Shown here piece after piece: positions 27,562 through 38,800 of a stretch of 64,000 nt of DNA (within the stretch, counting starts at the first letter, position 1; each line of letters opens with the position of its first letter). The notes below the pieces were generated by a model that was given only the letters and a program-made list of their open reading frames with translations, was not told where the DNA came from and ran no database searches. Location of the stretch: IMG/VR virus record IMGVR_UViG_3300023184_000045, positions 59,498 through 123,497 of that record, one strand, 5' to 3'. The stretch is from a virus. A program made the translations under genes and the position numbers.

Positions 27562-29763
27562 ATGGCAGACAATGGGGCTTATAAAAAATATCTGTACGAA
27601 CAGCAGCAAAACAGGATTAAATCAAATACTGCTAAGTACGCAGGCATCACTACAGCCGCTCCTTTATCGGCTGCTGAAAAAACAACTATATCTGGCCCAC
27701 ACCAAAAACCACCTCGTGACCCTTTTGCAGATGCTCGTAACAATGCTGGTCGTGCTGGCTACGATGAAGCAGGTAGCCCAATTGACCCGTTTGCTGCTGC
27801 CCGTGCGAACGCTGGCCGTCCTGGGTATGATGAGTCTGGTGATCCGGTGGACGCATTTGCCAATGAACGTGCAAACGCTGGTCGCCCCGGATACGACGAA
27901 GCTGGCACCAAGATCAACAGCGACGGAACGCCTGGCGGAACTCAAAGTATAAGTGCCAATGGTGCAAGTTCTGGCGCAGACGGCGGTGGTAATCCGGATA
28001 GTAATCCGTTAGATAATTATGCTGACTATACCTACAGTTTAAATTTGTCTGTGCTGCCACCATCTGATTATAACGGCCTAGGCAACGGTCCGTTCAGTGC
28101 CGACGGCAAAGTATTAATTGCCAGCGGCGGTAGACGCGACAGTGGCTTTGGTAGAGTAGCAGGATTCGAATCTGATTTTTATTTTGATAGTTTTAAAATG
28201 ACAACTATTGTTGGGGTAAACAATACTACTCGTGGCAGTAATGTAATTGATATGTCGTTTACTGTATTAGAACCATATGGGATGACACTACTTGACAAAA
28301 TTTTAAAAGTAGCAGACACACTAGGCGCAAAAAATTGGAATGAAATGCCATTTGTAATGCAAATTGATTTTTATGGTAATACCAATGATGATATACCAGA
28401 ATTAATTGCTGGACAAACAAAAACTATTCCTATAAAATTAATTGAATGTAAAATTAAAGCAACTACCAAAGGTGCTGAATATCAGTTTCACGGAATTCCG
28501 TACAATCATGCAGCATTCCAAACTAATGCAGTATCAACTCCGGCATTCAATGAAGTAACTGCAAAAACTGTTGGAGAATTTTTTAGTAACGCAGAAGATG
28601 ATAAAGGCAGCTATGCGTCGGCACTGAACAAGTACCAACAAAAATTAGCTGATGCAAATAAAAAGTATCAGGCGCTACCTGATAAATTTGAATTTGAAAT
28701 TGACGATGAAATAAAAAATGCAAAAATAATTGCCGACGATAAGCGCGGCAATGTTAGAAATACCCCAACTGCAAACGATGCCGCACCTAGCTCAAAAAAA
28801 GTAGATGGAAAAAAAGCAGCAGAAGGTGGCAAACCAGCTACAGTTGATTTAAAAACTCAAGTTACAGCTATCAATGCTGGAACATCTATCCCAGCAGTAA
28901 TTGATCAAGTTATAAGGAACAGTAGTTATTTTTCTGAGCAAGTGGGTAAACAAGGTAACGATGTAATTAAATCGTGGAAAATAATTCCTAAAGTTGAAAT
29001 AATGGAATTTGACAATTATAGAAAATGCTACCAGAAAAAATACATATACGTAATTAAAAAATCAGAATATCACAACACCAAATATCCAGACGCACCTACT
29101 AAATTTCCTAAGAAAATTTCTAGGCAATATGATTATATGTACACTGGAAAAAATCAGTCTATAATAGATTTTAATATTGATTTTAATATTGTATTTTATA
29201 CAGCAATGACTGCCAATAGAGACAAACTAAAAACGACAGAAATAGATCCTGATTCAACAAAAAATGAACGAGATAAAGGCACCCAAGCTGGTGCAACAGC
29301 AAATAAATTGGATCAATCACATACAAAAACAGTTGGCTCAAATTCAGATCTTCAAACATCGGCACAAGGAACAAATGATTTTAAAAATGTAGCAGCAAAT
29401 GACTTGGTTAGATCGATGTTTACCGACTCTCGTGGAGATATGATTAATATCAAATTGAAAATTGCTGGTGATCCAGCATTTATTAAACAAGATGATGTTT
29501 ACTTTAAACCTAAGGCAAATGACAATACTCCGCCGGGCGAGCTTGATGGGGCCAACAGTTTTACCACTGATGGTGGCGAATTATTTGTTGCATTAAATTT
29601 TAGAACACCGTCGGACACTAATCCCACAGATGATACATATGATTTTAGTGAAAGCGAAAAGACTGCATTTAGTGGTACTTATAGAGTTATTACAATAGAA
29701 AACATTCTTGAACGAGGAGTATTTACACAAACACTTGATATAATAAAAGTATTTGATGTATAA
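27562..29763 (+). CDS. Baseplate hub protein (gp27-like) with an N-terminal low-complexity repeat region
   Basis: Between the gp53-like and gp5-like genes. C-terminal KLKIAGDP...FSGTYRVITIEN..ERGVFTQTL resembles hub proteins. Confidence 0.6.
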   Translation: MADNGAYKKYLYEQQQNRIKSNTAKYAGITTAAPLSAAEKTTISGPHQKPPRDPFADARNNAGRAGYDEAGSPIDPFAAARANAGRPGYDESGDPVDAFANERANAGRPGYDEAGTKINSDGTPGGTQSISANGASSGADGGGNPDSNPLDNYADYTYSLNLSVLPPSDYNGLGNGPFSADGKVLIASGGRRDSGFGRVAGFESDFYFDSFKMTTIVGVNNTTRGSNVIDMSFTVLEPYGMTLLDKILKVADTLGAKNWNEMPFVMQIDFYGNTNDDIPELIAGQTKTIPIKLIECKIKATTKGAEYQFHGIPYNHAAFQTNAVSTPAFNEVTAKTVGEFFSNAEDDKGSYASALNKYQQKLADANKKYQALPDKFEFEIDDEIKNAKIIADDKRGNVRNTPTANDAAPSSKKVDGKKAAEGGKPATVDLKTQVTAINAGTSIPAVIDQVIRNSSYFSEQVGKQGNDVIKSWKIIPKVEIMEFDNYRKCYQKKYIYVIKKSEYHNTKYPDAPTKFPKKISRQYDYMYTGKNQSIIDFNIDFNIVFYTAMTANRDKLKTTEIDPDSTKNERDKGTQAGATANKLDQSHTKTVGSNSDLQTSAQGTNDFKNVAANDLVRSMFTDSRGDMINIKLKIAGDPAFIKQDDVYFKPKANDNTPPGELDGANSFTTDGGELFVALNFRTPSDTNPTDDTYDFSESEKTAFSGTYRVITIENILERGVFTQTLDIIKVFDV
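27712..27910 (+). repeat. Three tandem 22-aa (66-nt) repeats
   Basis: DPFADARNNAGRAGYDEAGSPI / DPFAAARANAGRPGYDESGDPV / DAFANERANAGRPGYDEAGTKI. Confidence 0.9.
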
Positions 29764-29768
29764 TAAAG

Positions 29769-31892
29769 ATGTCTAAAACAGATAGAAGAATAGGTAAAAA
29801 AGTACCAGACTATATACGCCGTGAAGATAGCTCGGGCGTCCGCCTTGATGCTGGCCCGTATATTGGAAAAATTAAAAATAATTACGATACTATACGGCAA
29901 GGCAGATTGCAAGTTTGGATTCCGGACATTGGTGCAGGCGATGAGAATGATCCTAGTAATTGGCGAACAGTTAGCTATGCTAGTCCTTTTACTGGAGCAA
30001 CTTCTCAAGAAGAAGATAAAAAAGATAATAAATTTAAAAAAGGTGTAAGGCACACTTACGGATTCTGGTTTACTCCACCAGACATTGATAATTTTGTACT
30101 ATGTACATTTGTTGCAGGCGATCCTATGCGCGGATTTTGGTTTGCGTGTATACCAGTGCAAGCAGGGCAACACATGATACCAGCAATTGCTGGGTCTGCA
30201 AATTATGACGATAAAGATATTGACAGCGATGCTGTTAAAAAGATGTCAAAGTCGCCACCACTACCTGTAGCCGAGTTTAATGAAAATGCTGATCAGGATT
30301 GGTCTAATTTTGTAAATTTAAAAAAAGCCCTGCACGAAACACAAATTGAAGTTCTACTAGAGCAGGGGCTTGATAGAGATACAACCCGCGGAGTAATCAG
30401 TAGCAGCAGTCAGCGAGAAAGCCCTAGTAAAGTATTTGGAATTAGTACACCCGGCCGTGCATTGTCTGGAGCCACCAATGACCAGCTAGTCTATTCCAGA
30501 GAAGGTGGGCATACTTTTGTTATGGATGACGGCGACTTTGCAAACAAAAACAAATTATTTAGAATACGAACATCGGGTGGTCATCAATTAATAATGAATG
30601 ATTCCGATGATGTATTATACATTGGAAATAGTAAAGGAACAGCCTGGGTAGAGTTAACAGGCAGCGGCGATGTTAATGTATTTGGTACTGCTAGCATAAA
30701 TCTTAGAGCTCAAGAGAATATCAATTTCCATGCAGGCAAAGACATTAACATACATTCTGATGGAAAGTTTAATTTATTTGCAAAGACTTCTGTAAAAATT
30801 GAGTCAGAAGCAATAAGTTCTGTATCAAGTAAGAGAACAACTATATATGGCAATGGCATTGAAGTGGGTAGTGAATCTACCATTGACATTAATGCCAAGA
30901 GCAGTGCCAGTTATAGTGCTGGTCCAGAATTAATTCTATCTGGCACTACAATAAAATTAAATTCGGGCAAGGGTCCTACTGTAGCTAAACCTGAAAAAAT
31001 AACAATAAATGATTTGTACGATGCAGAAAAAGATGGCAACGGACAATGGCAATCTAAACCTGCTAAATTAAAAAGCATTGTTAAGAAAGCACCAACGCAT
31101 GAGCCGTGGGGACGAGACGGTGGTAAACCGAATCCAGCCGCTAGTGGCGCCGCCAGCGCATCCGGTAGCAACGGCGGCAGTTTGGGCAGCGCATCCGGCA
31201 GCGGCGCAACACAGACAGTAACCGGCGCCGGCGCAGTTGACGGATTTGGAAACCCAGTATTAAAAGGATCTAGCAACAGTTCGGATGCTGGATTAAAATC
31301 TGCACTAGGGGGAAGTGTTCGCAAACCAGCATCAAAAGAAGAAATGTATCGTAGCGACAATCCTACTCCTACAAAAGGAGTTGGTAACTTAGACCCAATT
31401 GATAAGAAAGCCTTAAAAACACAAATTGCCAAAAGTGAAAGTGGCGGTAAGTATGACATTGTAGAATCTAATAGAGGTAATTATTTGGGCAAGTACCAAG
31501 TTGGTGCGTCTGCACTAGTTGGCGAAGGATATATCAAACCTGATGCTTACGCCAAGTACGGTACTGCTGCGGTTAATTATCCATCAAGTTGGACTGGAAA
31601 AGATGGAGTTAGTGGTAAGCAAGATTTTCTTAACAATCATTCTGCACAAGAAAATGCAATGGACGGCTTACTTGACAAGAATTATGCTGCTTTGCAACGC
31701 ACTGGCGGCGTTAGATCAACTGATAGTAAAGAAACAGTATCAGGAATGTTGGCAACAAGTCACCTATTGGGTGCAGGCGGTGCAACAACATGGCGTAATA
31801 CAGGAGGCGGCGCAGACGCCAATGGTACAACGGGCACAGCATATTTTAACATGGGTAGGTACGCTTCAAACGTATTGGCTAAAACATCTTAA
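29769..31892 (+). CDS. Central spike gp5/VgrG-like protein with a C-terminal lysozyme-like domain
   Basis: N-terminal OB fold (GRLQVWIP, GFWFTPPD, F..GDP..GFW), beta-helix region (GHTFVMDD, RTSGGHQLIMND), Gly/Ser linker, then ESGGKY...GKYQVG and SHLLGAGG muramidase/transglycosylase-like motifs. Confidence 0.85.
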   Translation: MSKTDRRIGKKVPDYIRREDSSGVRLDAGPYIGKIKNNYDTIRQGRLQVWIPDIGAGDENDPSNWRTVSYASPFTGATSQEEDKKDNKFKKGVRHTYGFWFTPPDIDNFVLCTFVAGDPMRGFWFACIPVQAGQHMIPAIAGSANYDDKDIDSDAVKKMSKSPPLPVAEFNENADQDWSNFVNLKKALHETQIEVLLEQGLDRDTTRGVISSSSQRESPSKVFGISTPGRALSGATNDQLVYSREGGHTFVMDDGDFANKNKLFRIRTSGGHQLIMNDSDDVLYIGNSKGTAWVELTGSGDVNVFGTASINLRAQENINFHAGKDINIHSDGKFNLFAKTSVKIESEAISSVSSKRTTIYGNGIEVGSESTIDINAKSSASYSAGPELILSGTTIKLNSGKGPTVAKPEKITINDLYDAEKDGNGQWQSKPAKLKSIVKKAPTHEPWGRDGGKPNPAASGAASASGSNGGSLGSASGSGATQTVTGAGAVDGFGNPVLKGSSNSSDAGLKSALGGSVRKPASKEEMYRSDNPTPTKGVGNLDPIDKKALKTQIAKSESGGKYDIVESNRGNYLGKYQVGASALVGEGYIKPDAYAKYGTAAVNYPSSWTGKDGVSGKQDFLNNHSAQENAMDGLLDKNYAALQRTGGVRSTDSKETVSGMLATSHLLGAGGATTWRNTGGGADANGTTGTAYFNMGRYASNVLAKTS

Positions 31893-31900
31893 ATACTATT

Positions 31901-32275
31901 ATGACTACATACAAAGGATTTAGCACCTACAACAGACTACGTAAATTTACGTTATCTGACTTTGACTTGGTTAAACAAGACATTTTTAATCACTTTTCAA
32001 TAAGAAAAGGTGAAAAACTAATGAATCCCAAATTTGGAACAATCATTTGGGGATTGTTATTTGAACCAATGACAGAAAATATCCGTGAGCTAATAGCCGA
32101 GGACGTTAAGACAATTGTTGATTACGACCCCAGAGTGTCAGCTGATAGCATATCAATAATTGAATTTGAACACGGAATACAAATCAATTTAAATCTTCGA
32201 TACGTGCTAACTAATCAAGTAAGCGAGTTAGCACTGAGATTTGACAGCACGTCAAATGCTTTGACTTACGCTTAG
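31901..32275 (+). CDS. gp25: Baseplate wedge protein, gp25-like
   Basis: RKGEKLMNPKFGTIIWGLLFEP and YDPRV match the gp25/GPW family. Confidence 0.9.
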   Translation: MTTYKGFSTYNRLRKFTLSDFDLVKQDIFNHFSIRKGEKLMNPKFGTIIWGLLFEPMTENIRELIAEDVKTIVDYDPRVSADSISIIEFEHGIQINLNLRYVLTNQVSELALRFDSTSNALTYA

Positions 32276-32326
32276 TTAAACACCCACTTTAATTACATAA
32301 TAAATATATGAACAGAGTCTTATAAC

Positions 32327-35300
32327 ATGGCTATTATATCTCGACAAACCGGTCTGCTTTCGGCAGAAAACTGGAAAAAAATATATCAAACCTTTCGCGA
32401 GGCTGATTTCACTACCTACGATTTTGAAACCCTACGTAAGAGTATGATTGATTATATCAAGATATACTACCCCGAGGACTATAACGATTTTACAGAAAGC
32501 AGCGAATTTGTTGCATTAATTGACCTGATAGCTTTTATGGGTCAAAATTTGGCGTTTAGAACAGACTTAAATGCTAGAGAAAACTTTCTTGACACAGCCG
32601 AGCGCAGAGACAGCGTGTTAAAACTAGCCAGACTAGTTAGCTATAATCCCAAACGCACATTACCAGCTACAGGTTATTTGAAAATTGAAAATGTTAGCAC
32701 TACAGAAAGTGTGTTTGACAGTAACGGATTTGACCTTAGTAATACTATTGTTAATTGGAATGATCCAGCAAATGATAACTGGTTGGAGCAGTTTACTACA
32801 ATATTAAATGCAGCATTAGTTAGTAGTCAAATAGTTGGGAAACCTGCACATAGTCAAACTATAAATGGAATTGTTACAGATGAATACAGTATAAACAATT
32901 TATCTAGTACTGTTCCTATTTATAGATATGAATCAACGGTTGAAGGCACAACAACGTCATTTGAAATTGTTAGTGCAACCAGTACTGGAAAAACTTACAT
33001 TTACGAAGCTGCACCTGATTATCAGAAAGTTTTTAACTTTTTGTATAAAAACGATAACAATGGCAATTCTAGTAACAATACCGGATTCTTCTTTTACTTT
33101 AAGCAAGGCGAATTAGCAAGTTTAGATTTTAATGTTGCAGAAGCAGTGCCAAATAAAGTTGTTAACATTGATGTTAACAACATTAATAATTCAGACGTTT
33201 GGTTGTATAAACTTAACACCGATGCGTCAACTCAATCATTATGGACCCAAGTGCCGTCTACATCGGGCATTAATGTAATTTATAATAATCTAAGTGATAA
33301 AAATCTTTATCAAATTAACACACGCGCATCAGACCAAATTAGTTTAGTGTTTGGCGATGGGTCGTTTACTAATGTACCGCAAGGCGATTTTAGACTGTAT
33401 TACAGAACTAGTAACGGATTAAATTATAAAATAACACCAGACGAAATGCGATCTATTAGTATTACTATCAAGTATACTAGTAGACAAAATAGAATAGAAA
33501 CTATTACTATTCGTGCAAGTTTAAAATACACTGTTGCCAATGCGTCCTCAACTGAAACAACAGACAATATAAGACAAAAAGCACCGCAACAGTATTATAC
33601 TCAGAATCGCATGATTACAGGCGAAGATTATAATATCTTGCCTTATACTTCATTTAGTAAAATTATTAAAGCTAAATCTATTAACCGCACCAGCAGTGGA
33701 TTAAGCAGATATTTAGACATGTTGGATACCACTGGCAAGTACAGTAGTACTAATACGTTTGGCCAAGATGGCGTGCTGTATAGAGATGCGTATATTAATA
33801 CATTTGAATTTGGCTTCCGCAGCGCAAATGATGCACGTAGAATTGTATATAATCAAGTAATTAATCAAGTTGTGGCAGGACAAGGATTGTTACACCATTT
33901 TTACAAGACTACTTCAAATATATATTCAGCTGATATAATTACAGCTGACCAAATGTTGTTTGGCCACAGATATATCATTGAGTCTGTTGGCATAACAAAT
34001 TTTACATTATATGATGCTTTAGAAAATCGTGTTGGTGGTAATTTTGTTGCCGGCGGCGCCGACACAGTTAACGCTAATTCTCAGGGAATTGGCACAGTGA
34101 GAGAAATGCCAGTGGCTTGGCATTTAAGTGTAGTAGGCAGCAATAGTTCCAATGGGTATTTTATATCTAGCAGCACTGGGGCGGCGTTAGGGTTAACGCC
34201 GCCACCAAATACTATTTCACGATATTTAAAAGCTGGTGCAATTATAAAATTTCTAGCACCTGCAGGGAAATATTTTAATGCGTCAAATACTTTATTAACA
34301 GGTGTGCCTAGTCGCCCAGACGATAAAGTTGAAATATATGCATCTGTTGTTGATATAATTGGTAATGGTGCAAATGACGGACTTGGCAATTTTACCAATG
34401 GCGCAGGTCCCGTTACATTGAATACTAAAGTTCCGTCTGGCGCAATAATTAAATATGTCATACCTGCATACAAAAATAATTTTGGTGCTGGGTTTGTTGA
34501 TAATATTGTTAGCAACATTCTTGCCTATCAAAACTTTGGGATACTTTATAAGAGTACTACACAAACTTGGAAGTTGGCAGAATTTCCAGAAATGGCCGCA
34601 GACGAATGGATGATTAAATTTGAATATAACAATAATAGTAACAAATATATTGTAAGTTATAAAGGATTAGATTACATTTTTCATAGCCCGGCCGAGACTA
34701 CGTTTTACTACGATGCAGCACTAAAAATATACGATAGTAAAACTGCTAGTATCATTTATGATCACATAAATGTTCTAGGAGTTAACCGAGGCCCCGATTC
34801 GGCCGCACCATTGGGCGCAAATGCAACATGGAACGTATTGGATAAAGTAACTGATGTTGACGGATATGTTGACAGCAGTAGAATTTATTTAACATTTGCC
34901 GATAGTGATTCTGACAGCGTACCTGACAATCCAGATTTATTCAACTTGGTAGTAGATCCTGATACTAACTCAGAGTTTAAATTGGTATTTTTTGAATCAG
35001 TTGCTACAACTGGATACACAAAGTATTTTAATTTAACACTATTAGCGGCAGATACTGTAATTTCTATTTACGCAACTAAACAAGAGATCGCAACGGTGGC
35101 AACAGGATTTAATTCAAATTTTGAACTAGGGCAATTATTTTACGCCACCAACGATCGTGCATTCTATAAAATAATAAGAGCAGCAGATAGCAGTTTTACT
35201 TTGTCTGACGCTATAACAAAATATCAAGCATACTATGGACGTAGAAATTTGTTCTACCAATACAGACATAATTCTCCAAACACACGTAGAATTGATCCTA

Positions 35301-35872
35301 GTATTAGCAATATCATTGACATGTATGTGTTAACGTCTGAGTATGATACTAGTTACAGACAATGGATACAAGATACATCAAATACTGTAGTTGAGCCTAC
35401 TGCACCAACTAGCACTGAATTAGCAATAGACTTCTCTGGGTTAAATGATATTAAAGCTATTAGCGACACTATCATATTCCAGAATGCATCTTACAAACCA
35501 ATTTTTGGTTCTAAGGCTATTAATAATTTGCAAGCAATATTTAAAGTAGTTAAGAATCCAAATTTAAATATCAGTGATGCCGACATTAAGATATCGGTTA
35601 TCAATGCTATCAATACTTATTTTGATATTAACAATTGGGATTTTGGCGAAACATTTTACTTCAGTGAGCTGTCGGCGTATTTGCACCAAATGTTAAGTCC
35701 AAACATTGCAAGTATTGTTATAGTTCCTAGGGACCCGTCGATAAAATTTGGAAGTTTATATCAAATCAATGCAGAACCCAATGAGATAATTATTAGTTGT
35801 GCTACAGTAGATAATGTTGAAATTATCACAGCAGTAACAGCGATACAATTAAATCAAGGTGTGTCACTTTAG
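32327..35872 (+). CDS. gp6: Baseplate wedge protein, gp6/baseplate-J-like
   Basis: DFETLRKSMIDY, ENFLDTAERRDSVLKLARLVSYNPKR, FGDG and QNRMITGEDY are gp6-family motifs. Confidence 0.85.
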   Translation: MAIISRQTGLLSAENWKKIYQTFREADFTTYDFETLRKSMIDYIKIYYPEDYNDFTESSEFVALIDLIAFMGQNLAFRTDLNARENFLDTAERRDSVLKLARLVSYNPKRTLPATGYLKIENVSTTESVFDSNGFDLSNTIVNWNDPANDNWLEQFTTILNAALVSSQIVGKPAHSQTINGIVTDEYSINNLSSTVPIYRYESTVEGTTTSFEIVSATSTGKTYIYEAAPDYQKVFNFLYKNDNNGNSSNNTGFFFYFKQGELASLDFNVAEAVPNKVVNIDVNNINNSDVWLYKLNTDASTQSLWTQVPSTSGINVIYNNLSDKNLYQINTRASDQISLVFGDGSFTNVPQGDFRLYYRTSNGLNYKITPDEMRSISITIKYTSRQNRIETITIRASLKYTVANASSTETTDNIRQKAPQQYYTQNRMITGEDYNILPYTSFSKIIKAKSINRTSSGLSRYLDMLDTTGKYSSTNTFGQDGVLYRDAYINTFEFGFRSANDARRIVYNQVINQVVAGQGLLHHFYKTTSNIYSADIITADQMLFGHRYIIESVGITNFTLYDALENRVGGNFVAGGADTVNANSQGIGTVREMPVAWHLSVVGSNSSNGYFISSSTGAALGLTPPPNTISRYLKAGAIIKFLAPAGKYFNASNTLLTGVPSRPDDKVEIYASVVDIIGNGANDGLGNFTNGAGPVTLNTKVPSGAIIKYVIPAYKNNFGAGFVDNIVSNILAYQNFGILYKSTTQTWKLAEFPEMAADEWMIKFEYNNNSNKYIVSYKGLDYIFHSPAETTFYYDAALKIYDSKTASIIYDHINVLGVNRGPDSAAPLGANATWNVLDKVTDVDGYVDSSRIYLTFADSDSDSVPDNPDLFNLVVDPDTNSEFKLVFFESVATTGYTKYFNLTLLAADTVISIYATKQEIATVATGFNSNFELGQLFYATNDRAFYKIIRAADSSFTLSDAITKYQAYYGRRNLFYQYRHNSPNTRRIDPSISNIIDMYVLTSEYDTSYRQWIQDTSNTVVEPTAPTSTELAIDFSGLNDIKAISDTIIFQNASYKPIFGSKAINNLQAIFKVVKNPNLNISDADIKISVINAINTYFDINNWDFGETFYFSELSAYLHQMLSPNIASIVIVPRDPSIKFGSLYQINAEPNEIIISCATVDNVEIITAVTAIQLNQGVSL

Positions 35873-35891
35873 AATAACCTATAGGTAAACA

Positions 35892-38800
35892 ATGGCTACT
35901 AGAAAGACGTTAAATTTTCTCCCAGACATATTTAAAACAGATATTAATAAAAAATTTCTGGGCGCTACAATAGACCAATTGGTTAGCGAAGCAGAAATTT
36001 CTAAACTAAATGGACTAGTTGGGCGTAAATTTTCATCATTAACAAATCCCAGTGACAATTTTATATTGGAACCAACGGATACAAGACAAAATTATCAATT
36101 TGAGCCTGCGGTAATAGTCAACAATGAAAGTAATGGTATTGAACTGTATGGTGACTACCAAGCCCTAATAGAAAAAATTAGCTACTACGGCGGCATAACA
36201 GACAACCATAATAGATTATTTGAATCTGAATATTACAGTTATAATCCTAGAATTGATCTTGATAAGTTTGTTAACTATACTCGTTATTTTTGGTTACCAA
36301 ATGGGCCAGACACTGTAACAGTATCGTCTGGCGTTGACGGTGCACCAAAAGCATTTAATTTTACCCGCAATGATCAAGGTAATTCTGTCGTTGTTAATGT
36401 CAACGACGGTAATAGTGTTCCTAATCCAACTATTACCTTGGTAAGGGGCACTACATATCAATTTGTCGTAGACCAAGTTGGTCATCCACTGTGGATCCAA
36501 ACTGAAATTGGTACCGATGGCAAAAAAGACTTTGACTCTGCTGTATCTACTAGAGACATTTATGGTATTGACAACAACGGTACAGATAATGGAATAATTA
36601 CACTAGAAGTGCCAGAGCGCGATTCGCAAGATTATTACTTTAAAATGCCAATATTGGATTTTGTTGATTACTCTGTTAGTATTCCATTCTCGGAAATAGA
36701 TGGCCAATATTGGAACCAACCCGGTGATTCAGTAGGAGATATCGACGGCGACCCAACTTACCCAGATCGCCGCTATGTTATTTTTACATCAACTAGTACA
36801 AATAACAATGACTGGATAAACTTCAATGGTGCAACAGTTCCAGTTGAAAAAAGACACGGCCTATGGCAAATCACTATAGATGCCACTTCTAAAATTAAAT
36901 TAGAGTTTATTAGAAATATTCCAATTGGTTACAGAGTCAGAATAAATCATGGTGATGCATATACAGGTTACGAATTTTTTAAAAATTCTTCCGGGAACTT
37001 AGTACAATCGCCCCCTATTACTGCACCTCTGTCTACACTATATTATCAAGATCAAGACAATGAACTTATCTACGGAAAAATTGTAATTGTGGACAGACCT
37101 GGTGAAACAATTGATGTTACAACTGATATCATTGGCCAAAAAAACTATACTAGTTTCAATGGTGTTGTTTTTACCAATGGATTAAAAATTAAATTTGATG
37201 ACACTATATTTCCTGTGTCCTACCGGGGAGTAGAATATATTGTTGAGGGCGTTGGCATTTCTATTTCGTTAATTAAATTTTCTGACTTAGATCCAGTTGA
37301 AAGTATAATTGATACAGCAAGCATTCCGTTTGATACAGACTTTTTTGATAGTATTGAATTTGAAAAAAGCATATTAACATATGTTACTAATCATGATTAC
37401 ATAGTAATGAATCGTCAGTCAATTGATTTGAATGCCTGGGTGCGTACAAATAGATGGTATCATGAAGATGTAATTCGCCTTACAGCCGAGTATAATAAAA
37501 CTACATTAGTTGTTGACCCAGCAAGCAGAGCAAAAAGACCTATCATCGAATTTGAACCAAATTTGCAATTATTCAATTCTGGTAAATTTTTTACTGGAGT
37601 AATTGATCGTATAGATACCAATCTAATTGGCAATCTAATTACGGATGCATTTTTAACTATCAACGACAAATTAGTTAGTGATTTTGCCGGCAGCGGCAGT
37701 CTGAAATACAAAGAAGGACAACTAACAATATTTCCCAATGATATAAATTCAGAAGTTAGAAGAAGAATATATCGAGTAAGTTTTAAAAACCAATCGGCAG
37801 CTACTTCATTTGCAGGCACTTTAACGGGAACAATAAGTACTGTCGGCGGATCAAGACGAGCAAGTGGTATTGGGACATCATTTTTAGCAGCCGGCATACA
37901 AGTCGGCACACTACTGTATAATTCAAGTAATAATAATTATATTGGTAAGGTATTAATGGTATTAAGCAATACCGATTTGCTATTAGACAATAATGTTGCC
38001 CAAACTTACACTGAAGTTACTGTAAAATACAATTATCCTAGGATTGCATTAGAACCTCAAATAGTAGTGGCTCCTGACCATGTAGTGGTAGCCAGAACCG
38101 GCAGCAATAAAAATAGAAGCTATTGGTTTGACGGTAGTAATTGGATTAAAGCACAATTAAAAACTTCTTTCAATCAACCTATATTATTTGATTTAGTTGA
38201 CAAAAATGACATAAGTCTGTCAAATCAAGTTATGTATCCAACGAGTACATTTGCAGGCACCGAGATATTTTCTTACGTAGTTGGGTCTAGTACAACCGAT
38301 TCTGTGTTGGGATTTAGTTTAAAATATTCGGGCATAGGTAACTCTGTGTCTGACATTAATTTTAAAAATAATTTTGACTCGGACACCTTTACCTATAAGC
38401 CGTATGATTATGTAACAAAGAACATATCTGATGTTGGGTATCTGCGTAAAAATGTTAGTAACACCGAATATAAATTACTAAATTCATGGAATACAGTTGC
38501 CGAAGAAAGTAAGCAATATCAACATATGTCAGACAAAGCAGACGGCACAACTAATTATTTTGAAATTGATATCCTGCCGGACACTGTGTTAGATCAGCCA
38601 AATGTAAAAGTATTTGTCAATAACAAAATGATAGCGACAGCTGATTTTGAACTAGTGACGATCGGTATCAGGCATGCGGTGCATATAAAAACAACTTTAA
38701 TATTAAACGATAAAATTGATATACTTGTTTTTAATCGTAGTAATACTAGTGAATTAGGATACTATCAGATTCCTGGCAATTTAGAATTTAATGCACAAAA

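Noticed and set aside
27712-27910. Regularly spaced repeats resembling a CRISPR array
   Set aside because: They are in-frame coding repeats that differ at wobble positions, with no unique spacers and no cas genes.
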